Below are positions 22,020-33,000 of a stretch of DNA of 33,000 nt, piece by piece (the first letter of the stretch is position 1; the number at the start of each line of letters is the position of its first letter). Both the position numbers and the translations under genes were made by a program. Under the pieces are notes generated by a model that was not told where the DNA came from, did no database searches, and saw only the letters and a list, made by a program, of their open reading frames with translations. Source of the DNA: Dicyema japonicum (lineage: Eukaryota; Animalia; Dicyemida); NCBI GenBank assembly GCA_011109175.1, contig RDEW01000047.1, positions 113,324 to 146,323 of the forward strand, written 5' to 3'.

Positions 22020-22615
22020 TTAATTTGTACCGATAGACACAGAAACTTGCCGAAAAGGGCATCCCTCCAACTTGCTCATACCTCTGGATGCATTCCTACT
22101 AAAGTGACAGCGGAAATTCGTGAGTCGTCCTACCTATAAAATAGCCCCCTCTACAAAATTCTTATCGAATACCTTAAAATTTGAGGAGACTACAAGCCCG
22201 GAGCGTTTGAAGCTACAGTACTTTGGTGGGTATTAAATCTAATTCTGCTGTGTTTCCAATAATGGAGGGAACATTTCGTGTCCATAATTGGAGATAAATA
22301 TTTACGTCTTTTTTGGAATTTAATGACAATTATTTACTCCCGATTAGAATAAGAAATCCTGGAGGGGAATACGAGTAAGTGGCTATTAGATTCACTTCAA
22401 TCAAATTAACCAGATTTTCATTTGAGTCACCTGTTCGTTGTGTAACTGTCTACAATTGCTGTAGCAAACAGACCCAACCTCACTCCTTTATCAAGCAACC
22501 ATGTTATATTTAATTTGGATGTGACTAAAGGACAAGTTATACCTACTGTTCCCATACAACTTAGAACCACTAAGAAAGACTTATTATTTGAACCACCATT
22601 ACCACTGGGCTGCAT
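22020..22615 (-). CDS. Probable intron-containing host gene of unknown function (model unresolved)
   Basis: Higher GC than the flanks, an AT-rich promoter-like tract at 22620-22690, and several 22-34 nt GT-AG candidates that join open segments (e.g. ..NIYLQLWTRNVPSIIGNTAELDLIPTK|SPQILR|GGYFI). Plausible plus-strand introns also exist, so the strand is not certain. Confidence 0.3.
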
Positions 22616-23088
22616 AAGAAATAATGTCCAAATTAATTTTATTTTTCTAATTTTTATTATAATTTATTTCCCAAAATCTTCATGAAAACTACAAATAGGC
22701 AATCATTTTTAAATTCATAAAGAAATGACAAGACCCCTCAATTTTACTAACAGTTTTGCTTTGCACTCTCTCCACACTCTCTCCACACTCTCTCAACAGT
22801 TCGTATGTGAATATTACTGTCATTGGCGTCGATAAAATTTTCACAATGTTAACCCAACCGTTACTTGTAAAATACTCGTTTGTCAACAATTGATAAATAG
22901 CCGTTTTACTATCCACATTCTCTTTTACTTTTTTGCCTTCAAAATATGAAAAAACTAGTTTCAGAAAAACATTAATATCTATCTTACTAGTTTTTCTACC
23001 ATTCGACAGTATCTGAGGATTTTTCTTAAAAAATAATAAAATTTTCACAATTTTGAGTAATAAAATATTTAATAGTATTTCTGTTGTG

Positions 23089-23600
23089 ATGCCGTCAAAT
23101 AGATTATTAAAGGAATTAAGGGATTTAGAGAAAAATAAAGTACCCATAAAATTAAATTGTAGGTCGATGGTATAAAAATAGAAGTAATAGATGACTCAGT
23201 TAATACCCTTCTTGGATACATTCACGGATCTCCAAATTCACCGTTTGCTGGAGGAGCTTTAGAATTTTAATCCAAAAGAACAATTTTTATAGATTCAAAA
23301 AATTCAAAAAATTCAAAAAATCGATATTGCAGGTAGCGCATAGTTGCAAGTAGCGTTCGCGACATATTATGGCTGGCAAACAGCTCAGAAGCGACTATGA
23401 CATGTATGTCAGAACTGCACAATATTGGACTTATTACTACTCCAATGGTGATTTTGGTTGATTAAATGATAAGACCCAAATTGTGACGATACTTTCGCTG
23501 AAAAACACAAAAGTGTGATGGACATGGGATTTACCGCGAAAAAATCCATTCAACAAAGAATGGAACATAGCGGGGACTATTGAATATTTACATAATGATT
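23089..23600 (+). pseudogene. UBE2K: Ubiquitin-conjugating enzyme E2 K (Ubc1/E2-25K) pseudogene lacking the catalytic core
   Basis: MPSNRLLKELRDLEKNK|(23-nt intron)VDGIKIEV..LLGYIHGSPNSPFAGG then a stop at 23268-23270. It resumes as AGKQLRSDYDMYVRTAQYWTYYY|(26-nt intron)..VMDMGF../NKEWNIAGTIEYL (UBA domain, frameshifted). The HPN and active-site Cys region is absent. Confidence 0.8.
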
Positions 23601-23669
23601 ATATAAGCGTTAATTACATTTTTGATTAATATTTTAGGTTACTCAATTTTTTAATGAAAACAAAAATTA

Positions 23670-24640
23670 ATCAAAAGTGGTCCCCGACATAATCGATGTT
23701 GCGTTGCCTCTCACCATTGCAAAGGAGCCACTGTGTCTAACGTGCGTCGTGGCTTTAAATGTAGCCAGACGTTTTATCTTCTGAAGGAAACCGGTCAAAC
23801 AGCACTTTGTATTTTTTTCTTGGTCTTCATAGCTTTTTCAGAGTATACAGAGTGTCCCGCGCTCCCGTCAATATTGGGCGGACAAAGAGGTCGATGCACG
23901 TGGCATTCCGTCAGGTCGTTTTCCGTCTCCTCTGTCCAAGCCAACGGTTCCAGTATGGAAGGGTATACATCAGACTCCAGGGATCGTTTCACAATTCCGT
24001 TTATCGCCTTGTCTTGGGAATCGTACTGCGCTTCGTCGGCAAGAAAGGGAATATGTCCTTAGCAGTCGACGGTACCACTTGTAAGCCTGGAAAATCTCCA
24101 AAGTATGATGGAGATACTGATGCAGACAGTATCGTCGTCAAGGTGGGTCCCGACTCTTCTGATCGGTAGGGCATCTATTCAAGCGTCACTCCATTCATAC
24201 TTTTCAGTGAAATACAGCCCTTAGTCCAATCATCCAAGTATTACAATTTTAAATGAGTAAAACAACATCCCGTAATACGACCCATTCCGAGGCTGAGTCA
24301 AGTGGATCTCTTTGTTTGACTCCTGATGACAAGGGAATGAAATATTGGCCTTGGAGTAGGTTGGACGTGTACTTAATTGTACACTTGAAAACAATCTTTA
24401 AAATTGCATCACGTCCTATTGAATGTCCGAACAGCATGAACTGCTGCTTCAAACCCACCAGGAGTGCCGACCCTTATTTTAGTTGATTGTAGCTGTTTAA
24501 TAAGCGCGGGAAAGATTGCTTTGCATGCGAGTTTTGAGTGATTCTTTTCTTTTCCCTTGAAGAAACTGCTCTTTCAATACATTCGTGTGTGCAGTCCGCA
24601 ACAGATATACGGGTAGCTTTGGGAATCCTGATCAGGAACC
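23670..24640 (-). mobile_element. Degraded, internally deleted CRE copy (same family as 12270-14150), retaining the 3' end
   Basis: Reads SKLACKAIFPALIKQL..VGTPGGFEAAVHAVRTF, SGVKQRDPL, YLDD, DALPIRRVGTHLDDDTV, DKAINGIVKRSLE..YPSILEP, VRGNATSIMSG. Confidence 0.85.
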
Positions 24641-24779
24641 TTTGTCTATATTATCTTTAAATAATAATTTAACTCTCAAATTGATCGAAAATCTATGAAA
24701 ATTCATTTAAATGACATTTATTTAGAAGATCAAACGGTTGACTTATTTGCCTATGAAGGAGACGCGAGAGATTCTATTC

Positions 24780-25600
24780 TCTTGTTCAAAACACCAATCG
24801 AAGACTTGATGAATACCGTCTTGGAATCTCAAAGACCTCATTTCTTTGGACAAGGGCACTTCTGATGTTTCACTCGAGTCATTTATTACAAAACTAATTA
24901 ACAGAATGCTTCCAGGAATTCTCCTATAAACACTACTCCCTTCTCACCAAGGAAGAAGAAATATACCGAGATTTATTTTCTGCGGCTTAGTCTTAAAACT
25001 GGCAGGCAGAGCAATCGTTCCTGGGTTCTTCGAACACCTGTAAGTAGGGATCAGCATTCTCAGAAGCTGTAAAGCAACAGTACACGCTGTGTGGATATTT
25101 AAACAGATCAAAGGGAATATTACCTTTGTAATTTTCAAAATTGATATATTAAAAACGCCTTCATGTATCTCTGGAGGACTGTTTCGTACACTTCCCCAAT
25201 GTACGACTATGCAAATAGCTCACGCGGAAAAACGTAAAACCTGAATAACAATCAATGTATTATTCCCGTTATTTTCAATACTTCAACAGGAGAATCTAGT
25301 GGGCCCAGCTCTGTTCAGTCTATAAATAGGTTTTGTCACGGGATGTTGTCTTACGTCTTTGAACATTGATACTTGAGCAATTGCACTATAGGCCACCAAC
25401 CAAACAATGTGTTGGGGAATCTAAGAAGACTAATATTCCAAGATGAGGAGCCTAGTCCTAACACTGTAGGTAAAAAAATGAGACCATCACTTCGAATTCC
25501 CGTAACCTGAATATGATTCGAATCGACGAAGTCACTCGTCAATCCCAGAAGCATCGTAGATGCGTGGAACCTTCAACCGGAACCACTTAGATTACTTGAT
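24780..25600 (+). mobile_element. Degraded CRE copy
   Basis: Reads VGISILRSCKATVHAVWIF..FVIFKIDI, QQENLVGPALFSL and YLSNCTIGHQPNNV (cf. YLDDCTLGGHPNNV). Confidence 0.75.
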
Positions 25601-25799
25601 TCCCTATTGGGATTTCGAAGCTAGATAGTATTAAAAAGATTTTTAAATTTTTCTTAACGGTGATCTAGTGAATATTGAGGACGTAAAGTAACCACTATGG
25701 ATGATGAAGAGGTTTTTAGGTTTTCTAGCAATCTTAGGACTAACTTCCTCTAGTCACTTTTTAGAATCATTACTACTCTAATAAAAAATCTAAAGTGTC

Positions 25800-26330
25800 T
25801 TAAATTAGCGAGCACTCTTGGGATTGAGAGCACATTCTCTCTTAGGATTTGTATGGAAATACGCTCACTAAGCCATCCCTCTTCTCAGTAGTCCTCCGTT
25901 TGCTATCAACGATCGATGGCACTTAGGAAAAAAAGTAATTTGGATCCGAAATCCTTGAGGTTTCAGCTGAGGTTAGGTTAAATTGAGAGGCGTCCTAGGT
26001 AATTTATTTCCCGCCATTCCATAGGAAAGGAGTCAGGCTTTTTGTTATTGCTGTCCATTCCGAGAGGCTCCAGTTGTACTGGATATCCAACAGCTTCGAA
26101 CCTTCCCACATCGGCAGGAGAGGACCTTATATTTTTAATGTTGACGATTTTCCCACATTTACACCGCTGACTCACAATCATTGAGGCCGAACGGAATAAA
26201 ATTCCTATTCATGTTGATTTGTTATTCAAAAATGTCTTGAGTGATGAATAGGAAAGAACATTGGTCCCACACTGCTCTCAAGTGTAGATGCAGAAGCTAT
26301 GCACGCTTGCCCACGTTGATCTAATTTTGA
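25800..26330 (-). mobile_element. Degraded CRE 3' fragment (endonuclease region)
   Basis: Reads QRGQACIASA, VSQRCKCGKIVN, EAVGYPVQLEPLGM..KKPDS and ISIQILRENVLSI (cf. ISIAIQRGNAASI). Confidence 0.7.
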
Positions 26331-26879
26331 TTTGATATTCTCACTGGTATCTCCACATCAACTTTAGATGCCAATAAGCTAATTATTTATTTATTTAAGC
26401 TAATAAAAAATAAACCAATAAAATTCCAATCATTGTGTTTAATTATTACGCCCTTTTATTATCACATGAATCATAAAAATATTCCTGATGAGTCCAGGCC
26501 CTTCATGACCCATGTTATTTCAGCTCTTCCTCGTCTTCAGTCTAACTTAATTCCTTGATAATAATTTTTCTTCCTTCCTTTTTTGGTAAATGATTAGAAA
26601 GCAAAGAAGAAGTAAATTTCTAGAACCCCTAAATAAAACTCAAAGACATAAACATTTAGCTCGGACCTGAGACTCAATACAAATCTCCAACAAAATTCTC
26701 TAATCCGTTTATGAAATCAACAAACTATGAAAATCTCTAGCGAACTCCAAATCGACTTCTATTAAGAATCTCAATTTTCCAATGTTTTCTGAGTCCATCA
26801 CCTCATCCATAAGCAGGATAAGAAGGAAGGTAAGGACTTTTATCCGTATTGAAGCAAAGTAATCATAGAGGTACGTCGC

Positions 26880-27520
26880 CACACCTACCTCAGGCCAATC
26901 AACCACGTGGCTAACTGATCTTATTTAAAACTGAAAAACTTCATTTATATTAGTTCTCCAATTGGTCAGGAAAAATCCACATATGTAACGGGAAATATTT
27001 CCGAAATCTCACTTTTTCGAAGGATTATTTGTCTGGTCTGATTAGACGGGAAAATAGATCCACCAAGAATATTTGGCTATTATTACAACAACTTTGGTAG
27101 AACTATAACTCTTAAAAATTACCGAAATTTTTAAACACTCCTTAGAATAAGAGGAATAGAGATATTTTCAATGTCCTCACTTGAAAAATGTAGAAGATTG
27201 AAGATCTAATGAGTTAAAAGTTCATAAACTGAATAACTCCAATTTAAGCAACAATTGTATTATGTTTCCTATTTTATCAACAAATTAGCAAACTTCATGA
27301 TTTTGTTATCATTTACCTAACAATTCTGTTGGTTGATGGTTGACACCTCTCTCGCAAAGAGGAACCCTAAGTATGGATAACGAGGGAGTGAATTTAATAA
27401 CACCTAACTATTCACAAAATGAGGACAAAAACTTTAAAAATGGAATCTTATTATTCGCTTTTCTCACAATTTTCCAAAATTGTCTAAACCAATTCCTATC
27501 ACCTCCTCCTTTAAAAGAAG
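26880..27520 (-). other. Probable second endogenous Mononegavirales L fragment (capping/PRNTase region)
   Basis: Colinear, frameshifted matches: WFRQFWKIV..KIPFLKFL, SLPRYPYLG/SSLRER (~27390-27350; cf. the conserved PYLGSxTxE), KIMKFANLL..LNWSY (cf. LIKRATRL..ISWF) and NISRYI..TNINEVFQ (cf. SRY..D.NxxFQ). Confidence 0.5.
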
Positions 27521-28234
27521 TTAACTCCGACTCATCCGTATCCTTCCTCTGCACCCGAAATAGTGGTCTCTTCTCTTATAAAATGTCTCGCAGAACCACA
27601 TGACAATTTTACATGTTGGTTGGAAGAAATGAACTCTTTATTAGTCTTCCCCACTCCAGAAATAATAAAGATGTTTTTCATTAAACTCTCCTCTTGAACT
27701 CGTGGAATTCGTCATATCTACGATTATTTAATTTTCAAAAATTGACTAAAAAACAAACACTGAATTCTTAATGTGGGCCGATATAGACCCCCCTACTTGA
27801 GACCTCTAAAACCGTGGCAATTTAGAAATATAAAACACTACCCATTCTCTAACTCACCCTAAGCCATTTCAGAAATTAACCCCCACATTCTAACACAATT
27901 GTCCGTAGCACGTCAGACGTGTTTTAGGCAAAATTAAAAAAATCGTTTTTCCTTGAAAAGAAAGAACCGAAGTCAATGTCTCCCATTTTTGTCTTATGCT
28001 ACATCGAACATGTTTTGTAAAAAATTAAAAATTTCGTCTCACAGTGATTTATAGTGATCGATTTGACTTGTCATCTGGACGTGATGCTATGCGGCAATAA
28101 ATAACACATACTTCCCTCCTCAAAAAATCAAATACTGGGTATATCTCTGTAAATTTAAATTATGATTAAAATTTAAAAATATTAATCAAACAACAATAAA
28201 GCTAACTCAAAGAAAATTAAAGAAATTAACTAAG

Positions 28235-28513
28235 TCAATCGGCTTCCTCATCAAACTCGGTGGATGAGTGGCAATCAGAATTTCTTTGACCTTCAGACCC
28301 GTCAAAAAATAAATCGGAATCACAATTTTCTAGATTTTTGCATTCTTCAATTTTTGAGGAATTCAAAGAAGAAACATAACTGTTATATCGTTCATAAGCA
28401 GCGATAGCGAAATATAAAGGATTTGGACATTGCCATGAATAGTGATCTTTCGAGTGACATTTTTGGCAATGATTTTTTAAAAGTGTAATTTTTTTAGCTT
28501 TCCGCTCCTCCAT
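28235..28513 (-). CDS. Small intronless CCHC zinc-knuckle protein (ZCCHC10-like), 92 aa
   Basis: MEERKAKK..CQKCHSKDHYSWQC (CX2CX4HX4C) followed by a Ser/acidic tail, with an AT-rich upstream tract. A gag-like origin is not excluded. Confidence 0.5.
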   Translation of the reverse strand: MEERKAKKITLLKNHCQKCHSKDHYSWQCPNPLYFAIAAYERYNSYVSSLNSSKIEECKNLENCDSDLFFDGSEGQRNSDCHSSTEFDEEAD

Positions 28514-28673
28514 TAACAATCCAATAAGCAGGAATATTTTATTAAATTTTTTAAATTTAAATAAATTTATAGTTAATATAATTAACTTTAAAAATAATAA
28601 TAATATTAAAAAATTGTTTTTAAATCAATTTGACTCTATACACTATACATTTAAATTATTATTTTTAAGATAC

Positions 28674-31600
28674 TAATTGGTTGAGCTGGTGACGTGGCTC
28701 TATTGCACACATGTCTTTTTCGTGCTTTTCTTCGGGATCTTTCACTATTAGCTCGTTCAATGTAAGAGGATTAAAGTCGGATACTAAAAGAAGAAATTTA
28801 TGCGTGGATCTTGGATCGTACAAGGTAACCGTGGCGTGCTTACAGGAAACGAAAGTAAAAGGCGGACTAGATGAAATCAACAATGATTTCCGCCTGATTC
28901 TGCACCCTTCAAATTGCCCACACTACGGCATGGGATTTGCAATACAAAAAGAACTGAACAATCGAATCCACAAGACGTGGAGGGTGAGCGATAGAATATG
29001 TGTTTTACAATTAAAATACGGTGAAAGGAACAATTCCATGATCTCCATTATTAATGTATATGCACCAACTTCGGTGAGAGTATCAATCAATGGAGACGAA
29101 CTAGACGACTTCTATTCCTCCCTGTCGCAACTATATGCATTTTTGGAAACATCGTTCATGACATCCATTGCCGGAGATTGGAACGCGAATGCAGGACGTG
29201 GGAGTAGTCACGAAGAATTCATGGGAAGCCATGGAAGGGGATCAGGAACCATTCAGGAGAATCGCTTATCAAATTTTGCAATACATTCAAACTATTTCTA
29301 TGCAACACTGCTTTCAGGCACTCAGCAAGACATAAGACGACATGAAGCTGCTACCGTAAGGACAAATCTGGGACTATCAAGCCTATATATAACCAAATAG
29401 ATTACATTATCTGCAAACAAGCCTACAAGGCACTGCTAACAGATTCTCGGAGCTACAGTGGGACACTAGTAGATAGTCATCACAGATTGGTCGTGGCATG
29501 TTTCTTTTTCAAACGATATTTTGGGGTTTCCAAAGCGGCTGGCATGATGATATCTGAGGGGAGGTTCGCAGTAGAGCAACTCTGCATGGTGGGACCGACT
29601 CGGGAAAGCTATCAAAATACATTGAGAGAAAAGATCAGACAGTGGAATAAAGAAAAAATGCCTGGGGAGCTGTGGCAAGACACCATCGAGGCAATAAAGT
29701 GCGCGGCCCATTCAACAGTCGGAGTAAAACCAAAGCATTTCAACGGGCACTATGACCACGAGCTTGAAGAACTATCCAAATTGCAGAGGAACCTACGTTT
29801 ACAGGTCAAAACCTGCCAGGACCAGGCAAAGGGACACAGTCTAAGAGTCATGCGGAACCAAACCCTGTATAAAATAAAGAAAAAAACGAGGGAAATAAAG
29901 GAAAATAAACTTGCTGGAATGGCTAAAGAAGTAGAAAGACTCAAAAACGGAGCGCAGATGTTCAAGGCTGTTCACCTACTACATAGAGACACGCAGTCAT
30001 CAAAAATCACTATTCATGATCAGTTTGGAAAGACTATGTTAAACAAAAATGAAATTCTATCGGCCATATCCAGCCATTATCAGCACGCCTTCAATCAAAA
30101 CCACGGAGAAAAAATCAAACAATTCGATGGTGAAGCACGAGAACTAAATATTCCGATAACGATTCTGGAAACAAAAAAATCCCTGGACAACCTGAACACA
30201 ATAGAGCTGCTGGCCCTGACAACATAAATGCAGAACTTCTCAAATATGCACCTACCGAGATCTAAAGGCCCCTTAACGAATTTAAGACCCATCGTACTAT
30301 TGACGACTCTACGCAAGACACTATCACTTATAGTGCTGAACAGGATTGGATCTGACATCGAGAACTTTCTCTCTCACGGTCAAAGCAGATTCAGGTCAGG
30401 AGATCTGGGACATCGATGGCTTTGTGCAACACATCAAAAGTACAAGGGGGCTATTGGCATCCTTGGCATGGACATGTCCAAAGCCTTTGACTCTATACAC
30501 AGAGGGAGACTTTTGGATATCTTGGAAAAGTTGGTTGACGAGGACAGTGTCAGAATGATCCGTCTATTACTTGGAACAACGCAGCTAAGTGTACGTTTTG
30601 GAAATTTGGAGTCTGTCCCATTCGAGACAACGTTCGGAGTACCGCAGGGAGATTCCTTGTCACCGGTACTTTTTGTGACATATCTGGAGGCGGCACTCAG
30701 AGACTTCAGACTATTAATTGGCGATCTACCTCAAACTGAAGTGATTTATGCAGATGATATCGACTATATATCCAGCGACGAGAAAACATTAAACTATATA
30801 CGGACAAGGATGCCAGATGTCCTAGAAAAATGGTTCATCAAAATCAATACGGAAAAGACGGAGACAACTACCATACGCCGTGAACTAACCCGAACTGATG
30901 AAAAATGGAGATACTGTAAAAAATTGGGGTCGTTGCTCGGAGACGCTGAGGATATCACTAACAGGAAGATGTTGGCCGTCGCGGCCTTTAGAAAAATGGG
31001 AGTAGTCTGGAATCATCGTAAACAAATTAGCACACAATTACGTGTGAGACTATATAATGCCTTCGTGAAACCAGTCCTAATGTACAACGCTGCAACCTGG
31101 GGTGTCTCAGAAGCGGTAATGGACAAACTAGATGCCTTCCATCGTAAGCAACTCCGACTGTTGCTTGGCATCAACTGGCCGAAAAAAATTACAAACAAGA
31201 ATCTATACAAAGTATGTAATACAAGACCATTGAGTCTGGATATCCTGGAATCAAGATGGCGTCTGTTCGGTCACATCCTTCGAATGAGCCAGATGACGCC
31301 TGCTAAAATAGCAATGGATAACTATTTCTGCCCAAAAGTAAATACCTCGTTCCGTGGAAAACCTCGCATAATTTTGCCAGAGGTTCTACACAAAGACCTG
31401 ACCAATGTAGGACGAAAGCTGAAAACTGGAGATGATCTGGATACGCTCGGAATAACTGCCTGTAACCGCGGAGCATGGAGGAAGTTGGTCAAGAGAATTG
31501 TGGAAAAAAATAACCTGAAGAAAAATACGGCACAAGCGGAACCTTAATTAAATAAATTACATTTTTGGTTCTTCGAAAGTGCTATTAATAATAATAATAA
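28674..31600 (+). mobile_element. Near full-length RTE-clade LINE (APE endonuclease plus RT), with frameshifts, (TAA)n tail and 11-bp TSD
   Basis: Endonuclease: SFNVRGL, ACLQETK, INVYAPT, AGDWNA, QIDYI, SDHRLV. RT: RPIVLLTTLRK, DMSKAFDSI, GVPQGDSLSPVLF, YADDI, KKLGSLL, RLFGHILRM. TSD TTTTAAGATAC at 28663-28673 and 31601-31611. Confidence 0.95.
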
Positions 31601-31639
31601 TTTTAAGATACGTTTCAAAATATCATGAGTCATAGCGTT

Positions 31640-32500
31640 GTAGTGATGTTGAAAAAAATTTGACGAGCTGCTAACTTTCTCGAAACACGTGGACAAACAA
31701 TTCACTAAGGGCTCTCGTAAAATCAACATACTGAAAGGTGTTTCGGTCTATTTTTGGCTAAAGCTATAAGACTTAACCATCATAAATAGTTCATTCGAAC
31801 CACAATTAAGCATGCAAGTCTTTTTTTGTAAACATCTGCTTTCCTCAATTATATCGACGAACTGCAAAAAGTCAAAACAACGCGCTCAAAACAATTACTG
31901 GATGTCTTAAATCAACCCTCATTGATCATCTTCACTGGGAGCATAAAATCTTACCCATTCCAGATCATTTTGAAATGAGAACTCTGTAGTTCCTCTTCCA
32001 AAACCTACAAGTAGACCATACCTGTTACCCTCAAATCCCTAAGCAAAAAAAAATTTATTGACAAAATATGACCTGTCTTGTAATGCTATCCATCATCACT
32101 TTTATCCCAAGACTGGGGTCATTTGAAACAGATACATGATTTTGTTTCCACAGAGCCATCCGATGACTCGATTATAATAAAATATTGCACCGTCCCCCTC
32201 CTCTAATCAACCAATTAGAATCCTCTCTTCTGAGGATATCTGAATAAACCTTGCTCGTCTACGATGTGGAAACCACCTCCCTCTTTACAGACTTATGTAC
32301 GTAAACTAGATGATGTAAAAATGTCCACTGTTCCTTTGCTACTTTTATGGGTTGACAATCGCCTTTTGAATCCACTGAACTAGTACATTGTTCCTCTACC
32401 ATTACGAAGTTGACCGATCTATGGGAGTGACCTGCATTTGCTGCATCTACTTAATAGACACTGGTCTTCTACAGGTTAGTAAAGCCGGAGTTACTCAACT
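31640..32500 (+). mobile_element. Degraded 3' half of an APE-type LINE (I/Jockey-superfamily-like)
   Basis: Reads LLTFSKHV..RKINILKGVS, QNNALKTITGCLKST.IDHLH..KILPIPDHFEM, NLARLRCGNH and LTDLWE*P. Related to the fragments at 3785, 8340 and 15994. Confidence 0.75.
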
Positions 32501-33000
32501 AACTAATTGGAAAGACGTTGAGGTAGTGAAGTTCCTCTTTTCCACGGAATATTCACGTCTTCCTTTTTGTGAGAATTGACGAAGTGACGACCTCAGATGA
32601 TATTTGAAACTATAAGTTTTGAGGCAAAAGAACTGGTGAATGCAATTAGGAATCGGATTTGATTCTCATCTGGCATAGAATCGTAAAAACTTGGAGGATC
32701 ATCCTTGAGCTAAAGGTGTCTTGATATCTATCGCAAAGTGAACAGTTACCTGTACCATGTTTAGTATTCAGAATTTAATGCGTAGATTAAAAGTCTTTGG
32801 CAAAAATGACTTAAGATTAGCATGCATTTTGTGAATGTAATTTAGTTTAATTGTCCTACCATTCCCTTTTTTGTTTAGCTTTTTTGTTTTTTCCTCCACA
32901 AGGGGGTTAACCAGAGGGAATTTCTTATAGAAGAAAGATAGCTATGGTCGTTTGTAGATTGAGATATCCAATAATTGAATTAATCATGGATTTTTAGTTT

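Noticed and set aside
22689-23147. 152-aa minus-strand ORF with an 11-bp microrepeat (CACTCTCTCCA on the plus strand) at ~22764-22794
   Set aside because: Its start overlaps the UBE2K relic antisense and crosses an AT-rich promoter-like tract, and I recognise no domain. Part of it could still be a real exon.
27640-27670. IISGVGKT on the minus strand resembling a P-loop
   Set aside because: Incomplete Walker A motif with no Walker B or helicase context.
32580-32950. CSLCDRYQDTF on the minus strand resembling an RT-associated zinc finger
   Set aside because: The His/Cys pair is missing and there is no other support within the window.
1-33000. CRISPR arrays, rRNA, tRNA, telomeric arrays, prokaryotic operons
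   Set aside because: None seen. The DNA is eukaryotic, and the only long repeats are the segmental duplication, the WH2 duplication and LINE tails.

Overview
Eukaryotic, AT-rich nuclear DNA from an animal with miniaturised spliceosomal introns (mostly 21-27 nt). A dicyemid is my best inference; a myxozoan is an alternative. The ORF track misses most host genes because of these introns. Splicing by eye gives an ACTL6/ARP4 gene (13 introns), a WASP orthologue (9 introns, no CRIB core, duplicated WH2), an ERICH2-like gene, a UBE2K pseudogene and a small CCHC zinc-knuckle gene. Most of the rest is a transposon graveyard: APE-type LINE relics, an R4/Dong-like relic, four CRE-clade copies, a near full-length RTE LINE with a target-site duplication (TSD), a Tc1/mariner-like fragment and an intron-containing Ginger-type integrase. 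The main surprise is decayed endogenous fragments of a negative-strand RNA virus L polymerase gene (rhabdovirus-like Mononegavirales). The RdRp core is present twice inside a ~3 kb segmental duplication, one copy extends into the capping domain, and a probable second L fragment lies on the minus strand. All protein comparisons are by eye against reference sequences recalled from memory; no searches were run.
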